A stretch of DNA of 64,000 bases from Negaprion brevirostris. Lineage: Eukaryota. Of this stretch, positions 1 through 14,506 are shown piece by piece. Within the stretch, counting starts at the first letter, position 1. Each line of letters starts with the position of its first letter. The notes under the pieces were generated by a model. The model did not search any database. It had not been told where the DNA came from and saw only the letters and a list, made by a program, of their open reading frames with translations. The position numbers were made by a program, and so were the translations under genes. The DNA lies in contig JARDVH010000001.1 in assembly GCA_030324005.1 (NCBI GenBank), forward strand, positions 136,654,419 through 136,718,418. The letters run 5' to 3'.

Positions 1-2384
1 GAACTGATCCACTTCAGATCAGCCATGATCTTGTTGAATGGCGGGGCAGGCTCGAAGGGCTAGATGGCCTACTCCTGTTCCTATTTCTTATGTTCTTATG
101 AAGCATGCAAAATGAATCAGACAGTTATCTAAAAAGGATGAATTACTGGGGAAGGCAGGAGATGGGCCAAACAGCCTCCTTGTGCGTTGTAACATTCCTA
201 TCATTCCGGAGATAACAAAGACATGATTGAGGGTTTCAGAAGAGCTGAAGCAGATAATGTTACAGAGATGGAAATAGGCCATCTTGGTATATAGTTAAAA
301 AACTCATCTCAAGGTCAAATATAACACCAGACAGCTTGGTTTAATCTCAGCATGATACTAAAGAGAGAGGTGGAGTCAGTAGCTAAGGAATGGAGATTAT
401 GGCAGCAACTGACAACACTACCTTCAGACTTCCTAATATTTATTTGGAGGAAATTTCCATTCATCCAGTATTGGATCTCAGACAAGCAGCATTACCATTA
501 GAAAGGACCAAAGAGGTGGTGAGGTAGAGTTGGCAATTGTCAGCTTACTTGTGGAAACTGACAATGTTTTTCAATGATCTTGCCATGGGACGGCATGAAG
601 AGGAAAAAGAGGAAGGGGCTAAGAATAGATCCTGGGGCGTCAGAAGCAACAGTACAGGAGGAAGAAGAAAATTAACTGGAAGAGGCGTACTGGAGGAGGA
701 TGGTGTGGTCATCCATGTCAAAGGCTGCACACAGGTAAAGAAGGATGAAGAGGGATAATGTACCTTTGTCATAATCCATTTTACATCAATTCTTCTGTCA
801 AGTTCTCAACAGAAAGGCGTCACCAAACCAATAAAATGTTGTAACAGAGATCTGATGAACATATTACAATTTAATATTGATATATTTAGCATCACCATAT
901 TTACAATCAGTTCTATTTACAATACAATCACTGCATTACTGGCTAAACAGTGCAATGAAAGAATAAAATTTTAAAAACAATTCAGCAAACAACTTACTGC
1001 CTAAAAGTAACATTATTGGAGAGACAATGATAGATTATATCTGCTGCAAGGTGACCGTCACTGTTGCATATGAAGTGACCTGGTAAGATTTCAGTTCCTG
1101 AAATTTAACAGAAACTTTGAGGACTGAAACAAACAAACAATAACACTGAAAAGTGTTTCCAAAACTAATGTTACTGTTAACAATACACATAGGGGATTGT
1201 TCTATTTAATATCTTCCAGGAAGGATTACACAATATTAACAAGATTTTATACGTACATGATGTTAATAAGATGTCAAAAATTGATATGTCTCAATAAAGT
1301 GTACGTTAGCGCACACAGATGGCAAATATACTTGTAAGATTCATGTATTAACATGTTCATAGAATACCTACAGTGCAGAAGGAGGCCAGTCAGCCCATGA
1401 AGTCTTCATCGAATCTGACAGAGCATTTCACCCACAGGCCCATGCATCCACCCTGCCAATCTTCCCCAACTTATACATCCCGGGACACCAAGGGGCAATC
1501 CAGCATGGCCAATCAACCTAACCTGTACATTATTAACCTACAAAACATATGGGCTTCTGGTCCAAACCAGATATTTTATGATGACAAATCTAAACAATAT
1601 TGCTTGTTCAGAAGGAGATTTTAAAATCAATGTGCCCGTTATTACTAAATTTCACAGAAAATGGAAGGAAAAAAATACATTTTTATATTAATTGTAAACA
1701 CATGTATAAGTAAATTATGAAAAAATCAGGTGGGAGAATATCTCTTTCCAGATTTACTGAACTATCACAAGGCATATTTCAAAATTGATTTTTGGATTCA
1801 GTGCCGATTTCCCAAAATCCATTAGATGTTGCCTGAACTACCAATCTACATTCAAGATGGGTACAGGTGGAGTGCATGAGGGAAGGTTGGGGGAGTTGGT
1901 GGGTGAAACTTTCATTCTAGATAATTTTAAAAGAATGGCATTTTTACCTATCATTTTCAAGCTCTAGAAAAGAAGGGTTTTAAAATTACATCTCTCAACT
2001 AACATTTAAAAGAAGTATACTCATACCGGTATTTACATATTATAACAGGGCTTTTTGCAGGACAGTGGGGGTGAAATTGCACAAGAGTTCTCCCACTCGT
2101 CAACTATGTATTTGGGGGAAGATGCACGGAAATGTGGGGAAACAGGATAAAATTTCTCTGTACCACTTCTCCAGGGTTCCCATGAATCATCTACTGAAAT
2201 CACAGCAGATGATGGAAAGAAGTTAATGCCTTTACAGTAACATGATCAGTTCTTATTCTTTCTCCCCATCAATAAAATTGATTGCCAGTTCCACTACTGC
2301 TTCGAAACATAGTATTTTACTACTATAAAATAGCCATGGTCAGGAATAATACATTTGCTTTTCAACAGGCTTTGGGTAGCTTCT

Positions 2385-2518
2385 CTAGGCTGAATCAAAG
2401 AAGGCCATGAGACTTTTAGAATCATAATTATCTAAAATCTCCAGCAAAAGAGGAACCTTGGTTTTCACGTTGGTGCCTTTGAATTTGAATTTATCTATGA
2501 AGAGATCAGTTATCATGC
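2385..2518 (-). CDS. BBS7: BBS7 exon 19 (coding part), [43 protein letters not shown]
   Basis: Acceptor aaatag|; TAG stop at 2385-2387; 134 nt. Confidence 0.97.
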
Positions 2519-3552
2519 CTATTTGAGGAAGAAAAAAGAGAATTAGTATGAATATAAAGATACATCTAGATTTTACTGTTAAACTACTCTGGATTTTAAT
2601 TTGCAATGTAACAAATGGAAGTTTATCACAGAACAATATAGCACAAGCAAGCCAATCGGTCCTCTATGCTCTTTTGTAGTACTTCACTGTAGCCATTACT
2701 GTGACGTAGAAAATGCACTGAGTACAGTTTTTGAACATTTGATAATGATGTAGAAAGTCCTTGAACATGATGTCACCTTCCAATCCAAGCTCACCTTTTC
2801 TAAATATATCTGAAACATTCCATTGGGTTTCTGTCCTGCCAAAGTGTGGAACACTTGTCATCAAAGTCGCAAATGATATCTTAGGTGACAGTGACTGTGG
2901 CCTTACCCCTTTCTATATCTGTAACCTTCTCACCCGACAAGTCTTCATGATCTCTGCACTCTTCCAATTGCGGCTGCTTTAAGCATTCCACCACTGATGA
3001 CATTGCTTCCTGTTGCCTAGGTCCTGGAACTCCTTCCTAAACCTCTCAAGTTCACTTTCTCCCTTTAGGATGCTTATTTTTCTTCATTTAAGATTTTGGT
3101 CATCTGAACTAATATGGCTTAGTGTCAAATATTTCATTGATAATCACCCTTAATGTTAAAACCACTATATAAAAAGATGTTGTTAATTAAATATTTACGG
3201 GTACAAAGGATGATCCTCACCTGTAGACCAATACCCCACCAATGCTGCAAAGGAAATCATTTCATGGCTAGGTTTGCGTTTTTAGGAGCTTTAATCTTCC
3301 CTGAGGCACCTGAGAATATTTGCACTGGAACATGGCTTCCCATTAAGAAGAATTTCAAAAGTATTAATATTCCAAGTCATACTGAGACTTAAAAAGCATG
3401 ACTCGTTTTTTAAAAAGTGGAGAAATTAATAGCAATGGAAAAGATCCCGGGTAGTGCTGTGTAACCTGCACTTACAAGAGACATTATTAGCATAATTCAA
3501 TATTTTCAATTAATCATAGTATTCCTTTTCTCCAGTTATATATAGTACTTGC

Positions 3553-3676
3553 CATACAATCTCTCCAAGTGAGCAGGTTGTTTTTTATACTCGTCCAGCA
3601 GATTATCAGCTTCCTCTAAAATGCAACGATATTCTGGTATTAGGAAATCCACATTGCCTTCATACAGTTGCAGTTC
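3553..3676 (-). CDS. BBS7: BBS7 exon 18, [41 protein letters not shown]
   Basis: Acceptor ttgcag|, GC donor |gcaagt; 124 nt. Confidence 0.95.
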
Positions 3677-5706
3677 CTGCAATGAAATGGATCACCTGTT
3701 CATACAGATCACTACTTAGTTCCAGAGACCCTTGATAGTTTACTATTGCCATTAACATAACAACTTGTATTTATATGACATTTTTAACTGAAGAGAAATA
3801 TGCCAAAACAAAAACATAGTCACACAAAAATTGGCATTGAACCAAAGCAGAGAATCTCATGATGGCAACTAAACAAAATAGATTTTAAGGAGGATTTTAC
3901 AGAGATGCAGGTTGCGATACAGCAAATATTAGGAAATTATTCAAGAGATTTGTGTCAGACAACAGATGTATGTTTAAATAAGCACAGGAGCAATGGTGGG
4001 GTAAATGGAGTGCATGATACACAAGAGACCAGTTTGTGGAGTAGTCTACAGAGATAAGTAGTATGGAGGCCATGAATGGATTTGAAATTTACTTTTGAGA
4101 TGTTGGTGGTGGGACTTGCAGATACAGAAATGATCGATGAGTGGGACCTAGTGAAAGTTCAGATCTGGGCAGCAACCTTTAAGATAATGCTCATGTTTCA
4201 GGAATCTTCTGCAAAATGCATGAAAAACTAAGTAGTGCCTGCTTTGACCAGTCTTTCCAGTTCTACAGTCACCAAAACAGCAGTCCTTAATAAGGACTGT
4301 TGAAAGACGTTGAAGACATGGCAGGGAAAACATTTCACTGTCCCACTGCAGACCATGGAAGATTAGGATTGCTTTTCCAAATCCTTTGCGCTACTATGTC
4401 CAGCCTACACTCAGCTCTAATGCATCTCCTTCATCCATGTATTGGAGCTCGTGATGCACAATGAAAATCATCATTCTCTATCCTCTTGTTCTTTCACCCA
4501 TGATTGGGAATAATCTTTCACTATTCACCCAGGTTTCATTCACTTCTTTGCTGGCCGTTCCTCTCTCAGCACTAAAACTGCTCACCATGTTGCTGCTGCT
4601 ACGACTCTTGGTTCTGCAGGAAATGCTTGTGCATTTTTATCCCCCCATCCTGCGAAGGCTCCAATTGTCCTGATTTCCAGCATTCCTCACTATCCATGCC
4701 CAAATTGCCTCAACAGCCCCAATATGCACCCTGCTTCCCCCAATGTCCAAATCTCAGTGTCCCCCTATCTCACAAGTCCCAATCTAAGTTTAATTGGACA
4801 ACTCTTTCAAACAGCTGCTACAGGCATGGTGAGATGAATAGCTGCCTTCTAAGCTGTAAAATTCTTTGATACATTTAGGAGATGACTCCTTTGAAGATCA
4901 CTAATAAGGGACAATTGTGGAGTTATCCAAGATGGATACAAACCTGGAATCGTGGCAGGAAAGTTCAAAGGCAGAGGCGTAGTGAAAGATTAGAAAGTGG
5001 GTGGAGGGGAGGGTCTTGGGGGAGAAGTACCCAGGAGGGGACGATGTCATGACTTAAAAAAAAAGAAAATAATACAAATCAAAAATGAGAAAAAGTTAGA
5101 AGTCAGGACATCACTCCAGTATCTTAAAAATATTTTTGTATCAGTGGCCATGCCAGTTTATGTTGGTGGTGCCCAAAATTTAGCCAATAGCAACCCCTAT
5201 ATAAACTTGCCAGACGTGCTAAAATAGCAATGCTACTACTCAAATAATACAGCACTCCTGTGTACTGGCAGGGAAATGAAGCTACAGAGTACTTGGAGCT
5301 GCGAGGTGCAAATTTGAAATGTGCCACTTTTCCCAGGCTGTTAGAAGCAATGTCCCAGAGTTTTATATCCCACTCCAGGGCCACACATTAAATACCACAC
5401 TACTTTACAGAATGTGCATTTAGAAGAGCAACTACACTTGATTACTGAAGGTCAATTGCTATCCAATATGGTTGCATGGTGTTTTTCATCCAGGGAATTT
5501 AGTAGAGTCAGTAATCAGCCTTGGAAGATTAACCAAGCCTAATCTGGTTTTGCAACTCAATTTGTTTTGATTTCTTATTTAATTAGTAGAAACAGACTTC
5601 TTTTACATCTTCAAGAACTGTTTCCTATTAGAAGCATTCAATACAACAGAATTTCTGACAATCCTGCCATAGCTTTGAAAGGATTATTCTAAGATGCACA
5701 TCTGTT

Positions 5707-5711
<5 letters not shown>

Positions 5712-5738
<27 letters not shown>

Positions 5739-5790
5739 CTGTGAGAGAGAGAGAGCGAAAAAGAACGAGAGAGAGGGAAAGAGAGAAAAC
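5712..5790. repeat. (TG)n/(AG)n compound microsatellite
   Basis: Directly visible. Confidence 0.95.
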
Positions 5791-5873
5791 AGACTGGAGA
5801 GTATGTCTGCTTGAGAGATTCACTCATGAATTAATTTAGTCATCTTATTTGTTACATTATCTGTGCAACTTGC

Positions 5874-5977
5874 CTTCAAAGCATCGATCAGCTGGACTTT
5901 CTTTGCTAAAAGCAACTGATGTTCCAGTTTAGGATGAATCAAATTTAATGTGTAGTTTATGGATTCCTCATTAACAT
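5874..5977 (-). CDS. BBS7: BBS7 exon 17, [34 protein letters not shown]
   Basis: Acceptor ttcaaag|, GC donor AAG|gcaagt; 104 nt. Confidence 0.94.
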
Positions 5978-6077
5978 CTTTGAAAAAGAAAGACAAATTT
6001 TAGGAAAACATTTCATAAATAATGAAATTCTGGAATCTAAACCAAAACATTCAATTAAATTGTGGATTGGTTCTCAC

Positions 6078-6187
6078 CATATGAGATGCTGAGATTGATT
6101 TTTCTTTTTGTAGCTTCTTTTGTTAATATATCTTTCAGGATGGAAATAGTAGAGATATTGTCAGATTTAAAAATTCCTTCACCTTTT
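6078..6187 (-). CDS. BBS7: BBS7 exon 16, [36 protein letters not shown]
   Basis: Acceptor ttttag|, donor |gtgaga; 110 nt. Confidence 0.96.
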
Positions 6188-7140
6188 CTAAAATCAAATT
6201 CAAAGATTAATAATTAAATACTTATCAAAAGCAAAACTGTTGAAAAGAAACCAAAATAACTCAGAGCAAGGTTGCTATTCTGCAACAAACTGTTACTGAT
6301 TTAATAAACATTTTACATAGCCCAATTCAGTTCTGAACTAAAGATAATGAAACCTAATTTGTCAGAAGTTTAAAAAAAGTGTACAAACCACATACAAATG
6401 TTGTTGATGACAGTAAAAGTAAATAAACTAATCTAACAAATCAGTGTTTCCATTCACAATAGGCCAACCTTTTAAATTGCCACAAAGGGAGGACCAGAAG
6501 CAGACCGGCTGGAGGTTTCCTGTTTTGTACCAACATGTTCTTGGGGGTGGGGACTGATTAGAAAAACAATTTGATTCAAGAAACCATGGATAGAAGTGTC
6601 TTTTTTTCAAAGTGATTCACTACATCTATTATCAAAAACTTACAAAACAGATGTAGCTCCTTTAATGGAATAGCATGAAGATAATTATGGACTTCAAACC
6701 AAAGACAGGTAGGTTTTAAGATGCATCTTACAGGTGGAGAGAGATGAAGGCAAAGGGAGAGAATTTCAGAGTTTTTGTCCTGTGCAGAACTTCTGCTAAA
6801 ATTTCAAAAGTCTCCTGCATGCCCCAGGGACACTGTGATTAGTTTAAGAATTAAGTGTCAGTGACATTACCACTTTTGTATTGATCCAACGTGGCTTTTA
6901 ATGTGCACTTATGCAAAAGCGCCAGCATAACTCCAGAGCACACTGAAGTCCTGAGAATGAGACCCCTTCCAGCATGTTTTGTAATGCTACCTTATGCTTG
7001 TCAGTATATATTATAGCCTAACTCTGCTGTAAACAAATAGTTTATTTGGCACAGGTTATTTTCAATATTATGTTAGATTATATAACTGCTGATTGCTCGT
7101 TGATCAAGCTATGCTTGAAGAGTCAAATATAGATCATAAA

Positions 7141-7358
7141 GGCAAAATGCTGCAGCTGCTGGAATCTAAAACAAAAACAGAAAATGCTGGGAAATCTCAG
7201 CAAGCCTGACAACATCTGTGGGGAGACAATAGAATCAATGTTTTGAGTCTAGATGATCCTTTGCGACAAAGGGTCATCCAGACTCGAAACATTGACTCTA
7301 TTGACCACATTGACCAGAGATTGTCAGACCTGCTGAAATTTGCCAACATTTTGTTTGT
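7141..7358. mobile_element. Second palindromic PLE-like repeat family (aaaatgctgg...tctcagca...gcatctgtgg)
   Basis: Inverted halves around a decayed gacaaagggtcatccagactcgaaac core. Related copies near 10305-10535, 11020-11095, 14165-14330, 21240-21335 and 28820-28950. Confidence 0.65.
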
Positions 7359-7484
7359 GTAAGTATAGATCATAATAGTTAATAAAAGGATAGCTTTATT
7401 AAAAATTAAAACAATCAATATTTAGTTTACTATTCAATAAACAAATCAGCAATGATATCCAGCCAGTGTAGTTATTTCTCTTAC

Positions 7485-7649
7485 TTGTAGAAACATTCCA
7501 ATTGCGTTTCCAGGAATGTGTTTTGAAAGTAAAACGTGACACTATCACCCACTGGAACTTTATCTGGTACTTCTGGTAGGCAGAAGACAACCCAGGAATG
7601 AATTTCTGCAAAGCTGAACTGTCCTGTGAGTGTCAGCGTATTCACTGGC
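7485..7649 (-). CDS. BBS7: BBS7 exon 15, [30 protein letters not shown]...QLECFY
   Basis: Acceptor actcag|, donor |gtaaga; 165 nt. Confidence 0.97.
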
Positions 7650-9958
7650 CTGAGTTGTAGAAAAGAGTGAAAAAAAGGCAAAAATAACTACCATGAAAAG
7701 TTAAAATGATATTCCGTCTGCAATTTTCTGCCATTGCCCACTTCCTTCTGAAAGCAGTGACGGATACAATTCATCAAATGTTAATTTCAAGTGTGAGGTT
7801 ATACAGTGAATATCAGCTCAATTACATGAACATTAGCCTGAAATGTAAACTGGCTCGATAGATGCTGTCAGACATAACTGAGTATTGCCAGCAATTTCTA
7901 TTTCAATGTCAGTGATAGCAGATGAGGTCCCTAATCACCATATATAATATGCAAACTTTCAAAAGCGGTTATTACATAAAAACTCTACATTTTTCTATCC
8001 CAGCCAAACTGTAGCCTCGAGACAGGAGCTCCAGCTGAGATCAGCTGCAGCATGTTATGTTCTTCGTCCTGCTTTTCCATCGTGTACCCAACTTTCCATA
8101 TGTAACCTTCCATACTATCCCTTTCAATATGTCTTCCTTTGTCCTCAACTGAGAATTCTTCCCCCCATCCTATGGCTGACAGGGCCCTTCACTGTGCCTG
8201 ATCTACTTCATGTTCTTCTGTTTTTATCCCTTCCTCACAGAAACATACTAGGGTTCCCCTACTCTTCACCTTCAATACCACCAGCCTCTGTATTCAGTGG
8301 ATCATTCCCTACCATTTTTTTTCCCTCCAGCATGATGACACCACAAAACACAGGGCAGCTGGTGGAACGTAAACTCTAGAATTGAAAACTACTCTCAGTG
8401 ATCATCAGGAAAGGAGATTTAGGGAAGGAAATCTGCTGTCCTTACCTGGTTTGGCCTACATGTGACTCCACATCCACAGCAATGTGGTTGACTCTTAACT
8501 GCCCAAAAGGCCTAGCAAGCCATTTAGTTCAAGGAAAATATGAATGGGCAATAAATACTGGCTTTATCAGCGACACCCAAAATGGTTATCAATATCATGC
8601 CCAAGTAACCATTCTTTGCGTGAGAGAATACACTTTGAACATCAAGGACACCAAATGCTGATTCTATTCTCATCTACATTCAAATACAGTTACATATCCT
8701 GACGGGTGTCACTTAATAGTGATCAATAGCAGGAACATTTTTCCTGAGTATCAAACCCAAGACCATCCTTGTCTAAATAGTTCATCTGCACCCACTATTA
8801 ACAGCACACATTTAAGTGAGCTATTAAGAGTTAAATGGACCAACTTTCTACTTAACAGTAATTACATGGCCCACAGAATCTTCTAAAAATCCTCTTTCTA
8901 GACCATTAAGCAACACTTGTACATTATTAGCACTTTACTGTGGACCTTCTACATCAATTCAACATAAAATGGGAATAGTTTCTGACTGGCATATTGTGTT
9001 GTTTCTGGTAACTGCAAACTACTCTATTCAGAGAGTTCCTTTAACTGTTTTTAAACAGGAAAATATTTGATTAATATAAATACCTGCAAGTCTCAATGAA
9101 GCAAAACAATTCAGTCAGGGAATGAAAACTAGTCTCAGTGATCATCATAAAAATCCACTGGGTTCATGAATATCTTTCAGAATACCATGCAAATACAACA
9201 GACTAGAATTTTTTCAAAACCCTTTCTTCGCGGCTTCTTTTTTCTTCAAAAGAATACTTGAAATGTCTATGGAAACAGGATTAGAAATCATCTAAAACCT
9301 CAAACCATCCAGAGTTACCACACAGTGAAGGATCTGCGACCAGGTTCCACCATTCAATTTCATCATGGTTGATCTACATCTTAATTCCATCTGTCCACTT
9401 TGGTTTCATTATCGTCAATATCCTTGCCTAACGGAGTTTATTTTTGAAATTTCTAGTCTCAGTGTTTTGGGGGTGGGATGCAGGTAAATATTTTCATGTG
9501 GTGGAGTGCTTCCGGACATAATCCCCAAATAGCCTAATGCCCCCAAGTTCAGGGATCCCACACCAGTGAAAACAGCTCATTACTATCTACTTTATCAATT
9601 CCTCTAACCATCCTAAACATTCCAATTAGGTCATTCCTTTATCTTCTATACTTAAGGGAATACAAACCTACTGTATTCAACCTGTCTTCATCATTTAACA
9701 TTTTTGTATAAGTCTAATGAACTTCACTACATTCCCTCAGAGGCAGAAATATCCTTGCTGAGGTGCAGAACCCATTTGATAAGATGAAATACATTCTATA
9801 AAGCATACTGAAAATCCCAATTTTTACTGCTACATTAATAAACTGCAATGAAAAGTCATGCTGATAAGATGCTGGCTCATTGAAGTGATTTATCTATCAT
9901 AAAAGTTGAAATGTTGCTCATGCTTCAGTCATTTCTACTGATCACTTTATTAACCTAC

Positions 9959-10098
9959 CTGTTGGGATCAATAACATGTATCCTCTGATGAAGCGAGAGT
10001 GGTTTGATCTGATACTGATGGACCTGGCATGTTTTAGGTTGGAGACGTGGGGTAATGTAGGCTTGCAGTGTTCCATGTTGTCCTTCTATGGAACGAAT
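9959..10098 (-). CDS. BBS7: BBS7 exon 14, [46 protein letters not shown]
   Basis: Acceptor ctacag|, donor |gtaggt; 140 nt. Confidence 0.97.
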
Positions 10099-11544
10099 CT
10101 GTAGGAAGAGGAGCAAATTNNNNNNNNNNNNNNNNNNNNNNNNNNNNNNNNNNNNNNNNNNNNNNNNNNNNNNNNNNNNNNNNNNNNNNNNNNNNNNNNN
10201 NNNNNNNNTGATCCTCAAGTCTCCAACACTTTTTAAGAATGCAGAGAATAAACAGAAAATCTGGATTTCACTTTCAGCACAGTTATGTCTCTAAGTGAAG
10301 ACAAAATACAAAATACTGAGGATGCTGAAGTCTGAAACAACAGAAAATGCTGGAAAATCTCTGCACGGCTGACAGTATCTGTGGAGAGAGAATCGAGCCA
10401 ACATTTTGAGTCCTTCAAAGGGTTATCCAGACTCAAAAAGATAGCTCTAATCTCTCTCCACAGATGCTGTCAGACCTGCTGAGATTTTCCAGCATTTGCT
10501 GTTTTTGTTTCACGTTCCAGCATCCACAATATTTTGCCTTTATCTTAGTGTTTAATTCACTGCTACTTCTCTTCCAGGAATGCCATCCCTGAAGTACTGC
10601 TCTAATCTGACAGAATTTTCATTTGTCTCTTTCACTTTATCCACCTTCTTGGTTTCCATTTCCTTCCTGGTGTTCAACAAGTTTTTTGTCAAAACTCGCT
10701 TTCATAGCCATATTTCCTTCCTCAGCAACTGTCTCNNNNNNNNNCCCCATGGATTCCAACTGAAGTTCCATTCTTCATCCTTCAAATCCACCCAGGATTG
10801 CAGGTATTTCCATACAACGCTCCTTGGACTGCTGTTCTCACCATATCTGGAGATCCGTACTCAGTGCCATGTGCTGCCATATGCACATGCTCGAAATCTC
10901 TCTCCAGCAGCACTGAAGTACTCCATCTCAAAGCTGTCCTGATGTCTCATTTCACTTCATTCTTTGTCCCATCTGGTGCATTAACAAGAAACCTTTTCTC
11001 TTCCTTTCAGGTGTTAAGAAAAGCAGCTCAAAACTTTGGCTCTATCCTCTCGCTCCACAGATGCTGTCAGACCTGCTGACAGCATTTTCTGTTTTTCTTG
11101 AGTCTCTAAGTGGCTTATCATCAATTAATGCAATGGCAGTTTTGGAAAAAAAGTAAAGTATTCTGGTAAAAGTCTTTTTTTTCAGTTATACAGAAATCTG
11201 AAGCTCATTACTTAACCTAAATGTGCAATACATCTAATTCAATATTGCATGAAAGACTGCAATCAATTAAACATTTCTCATTTCCATTTTCAAGACTCAT
11301 TAAGGCAACTAAGGAGTTCAAGAAGAAAGGTTTGCACTTATAAAGCACCTTTCACAACTTTAGAAGTACTTTGAAGTGCAATCACTGTTGTCATGTAGTA
11401 AAAACAGCAGCTAATTTGTATGTGTGAACAGTATTGACTAAATAATCCGTTATAATGTTCCTGTTTGAGAGAAAAATATTAGCTAGAACAGCAAGGTTCT
11501 TCTTTAGGTAGCATCAAAGAATCAGTTACATCCACCTTGTTGTT

Positions 11545-12320
11545 TTATTCATTCATGGGACATGGACATTGCTGGCTGACTAGCCAGCATTTATTGCCCA
11601 TCCCTAACTTGAGGTGGTGGTGGTGAGCTGCCTTCTTGAAGCACTGCAGTCCACATGCTATGGGTTGACCCACAATGCCATTAGGGAGGGAATTCCAGGA
11701 TGTTGACCCAGTGACTGCAAAGGAACAGCCATATATTTCCAAATCAGGACGGTGAGTGACTTGGAGGGGAACTTGCAGGTGGTGGTGTTCCCATGTATCT
11801 GCTGCTCTTGTCCTTCTAGATGGAAATGGTTGTGGGTTTGAAAGGTGCTGTGTAAGGATCTTTGACGAATTGCTGCAGTGCATCTTGCAGATAGTACATA
11901 CTGCTGCTACTGAGCTTTGGTGGTGGAAGGAGTGGATGTTTGTGGATGTGGTGTCAATCAAGTGAGCTGCTTTGTTCTGGTTGGTGTCAAGTTTCTCGAG
12001 TGTTGTTGGAGCAGTACCCATCCAGGCAAGTCACACTCCTGACTTGTGTCTTGTAGATGGACAGGCTTTGTGGAGTCAGAGGGTGAGTGACTCACTGCAG
12101 TATTCCTAACCTCTGACCTGTTTTTGTAGCCACTGTGTTTATGTGGTGAGCACAGTAAGAAGTCTGACAACGCCAGGTTTAAGTCCAACCAATTTATTTG
12201 ATCGGTTGGACTTAATCCTGGTGTTGTCAGACTTCTCACTGTGTATACCCCAGTCCAACGCCGGCATCTCCATGTCATGACTTTATGTGGTGAGTCCAGT
12301 TGAGTTTCTGGCCAGTAGTA
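11545..12320 (-). mobile_element. LINE 3' fragment (related copy about 22955-23190)
   Basis: Minus-strand ORF with LEKLDTNQNKAAHLI...SFHHQSSVAAVCTICKMHC...WNSLPN motifs typical of a LINE RT C-terminus. Confidence 0.75.
12151..12281. mobile_element. Short palindromic PLE-derived insertion
   Basis: Hairpin cacagtaagaagtctgacaac...gttgtcagacttctcactgtg; TSD tttatgtggtgag at 12138-12150 and 12282-12294. Confidence 0.8.
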
Positions 12321-12329
12321 AGCCCAACA

Positions 12330-12462
12330 GGTGACATGGTGGCATAGTGGTTAGCACTGCTGCCTCACAGCACCAGGGACTGGGTTCAGTTATAGCTTGG
12401 ATCACCGTCTGTTTGCACATTCTCCCCTTGTCTGCATGGGTTTCCTCCAGGTGCTCCAGTTT
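12330..12462 (+). mobile_element. V-SINE 5' part, running into a gap
   Basis: tRNA-like head and start of the V core. Confidence 0.8.
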
Positions 12463-14443
12463 NNNNNNNNNNNNNNNNNNNNNNNNNNNNNNNNNNNNNN
12501 NNNNNNNNNNNNNNNNNNNNNNNNNNNNNNNNNNNNNNNNNNNNNNNNNNNNNNNNNNNNNNTCTGATCATAATCCAGGGATTATAACCTGTGAGATCCT
12601 CTTCTTTAATTTAGGGTGTACTTTCTAGTACATTCAAAGCAGGACATTTTGCTTACTCTTCCCATATTGCTTGTCCCAACATGAATCACTACGACTGAAT
12701 CGTCCCATTTCATCTTCAATATCCATTCAAGACAGTTTGCGATGTCACTCACTTAGACATCAGATAGGTAACATTATATGTTGGACTCTTGATTCTGCTT
12801 ATAAAAGATGCTACTTGAGCCTCAAAGTTATTGAATATGCCACAACTATCACATTACATTTCCTGTCCTCTTTTTCCAACCTTTGGACAGTCTCCTGCTC
12901 CAAAGCGTCATGACTATCCTTCTAACAGTCTTTATTCTTATCCTTACAGGTAGCAAGAACATTGATCTGAGCTGTAGACATCAACCCTGAACTGAACCTG
13001 TGCCACTTTATAGCAGTGTAATTGATGTCTGGAGTCAACTATCTAAATACTTCTCCCCCTTTCTCACATGCTGGAGTGTCTCAATCATTCTGAGTGAGAA
13101 ATATTCAAGACCGAGAAACTAAAGTGCTTACCCAGAACATGTTTTGCTGTCCACAGACTCTACTTACTGCATTCCAGATACACAACATGCTTTGCCAAAT
13201 CTTAGTCTAGATGCTGACCTTGCTGGTCATATTCCATGAATAAATACATTTGTAAACAAAAATTGCACTACACACTTCAACACTGGACAAAAATGTTAAA
13301 CACTTCTTACGAATTAGGAGGGGTATGTCACTCAAATCTGCTCCATGTTATTAAATCATGATCAAGTGAAATGCCACCAATATTGAAGGCATAAAACAGC
13401 ATCTCCTTCCCCTCAACAACAAATTCCCAACTTCTGTATCCTATTTTGGATACATTCCTTTTAATTGTCTCTTCTGTAGGATTCACTAACAAACAACACA
13501 TATTTATATGGTGCCTTAATGTAATGAAATGTCCAACGTCACTGCAGTTTTGTAAAATAAAGTATGAACCAAGGAAATATAGCATAATCAAAGGTTAGAT
13601 TTTAAGCAGCAGAACAAAGGAGGAGAGCCAAGTAGAGGCAGGAAAGGTGTAGGGATGATCTTCCAGAGCTTGAGGCCCAAGGCAACTGAAGGCATGGCCA
13701 CTAAAGATGGAGCATTATAACTGGTAANNNNNNNNNNGGCCAGAATTAGAGGAGCACAGAATGTTGTGGGCTGCAGGAGATTTCAGAGATTGGGAGGGAC
13801 TAGGTCATGGAGGAATTTTAAAAACAAGAATGAGAATTTTAAAATTATGTTGCTTAACTGGGAGTCAATGCATGTCAGTGAGCGTAGAGCTGATAGAGTA
13901 ACTGGGCTTTATGCAAGTTAAGGAATAATAGCAGAGTTTTGAATGACCTCAGGAACTCAATAGTAAAATACATTAATGCAATTACCTTACTCTAACGCAA
14001 ATTGATTCAAAAATTTGGAAATTGATTTAGAAAATAATTCAGTCAAGTGGAAAATGCTGGATGATGTATAAAGGTTATCTCTATCAGGCCTGTGGAAAGG
14101 AAAATATTCAAAAAGATGAACAAATTCAAGATAAACAGGTGCAAAGTGGAGTCTCCTGAGCAAATACTCAGGAATGCTGAAAATCTGAAATAAAAACAGA
14201 AAATGCTAGAAATATTCAGTGGCCCTGTCAGCATCTGTGAAGAGAGAAACAGAGTAATGTTTCAGTTTGATGACTTTCTATCAGTTTTGAGGAAATATTA
14301 ATAATGTCTCTATTTCCAGCATTTTCTGTTTATAGTTTGGCAAATACTCTGCATTGGGTAAGTTCTCATAACATTCAAAAATAGTGCAATGCTGGGTTTG
14401 AATCAGTCAGTAGTTAGAAAAAGCAATCACCAATTCATCGTAC

Positions 14444-14506
14444 CTTTAGTTCCAATCTGGTGGTATTTGCTTGGCATCGATAAGTAGCCAGAAGAAAATT
14501 ACCATT
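14444..14506 (-). CDS. BBS7: BBS7 exon 13, NGNFLLATYRCQANTTRLELK
   Basis: Acceptor caacag|, donor |gtacga; 63 nt, one codon shorter than the human segment as I recall it. Confidence 0.94.

Noticed and set aside
439-2384. BBS7 polyadenylation site
   Set aside because: Only scattered candidate hexamers (e.g. minus-strand ATTAAA at 870-875 and 1205-1210); cannot be assigned without transcript data.
2502-2516. BBS7 last exon begins MITDL, like OST4's MITDV
   Set aside because: Four-residue coincidence; the two sequences are unrelated beyond it.
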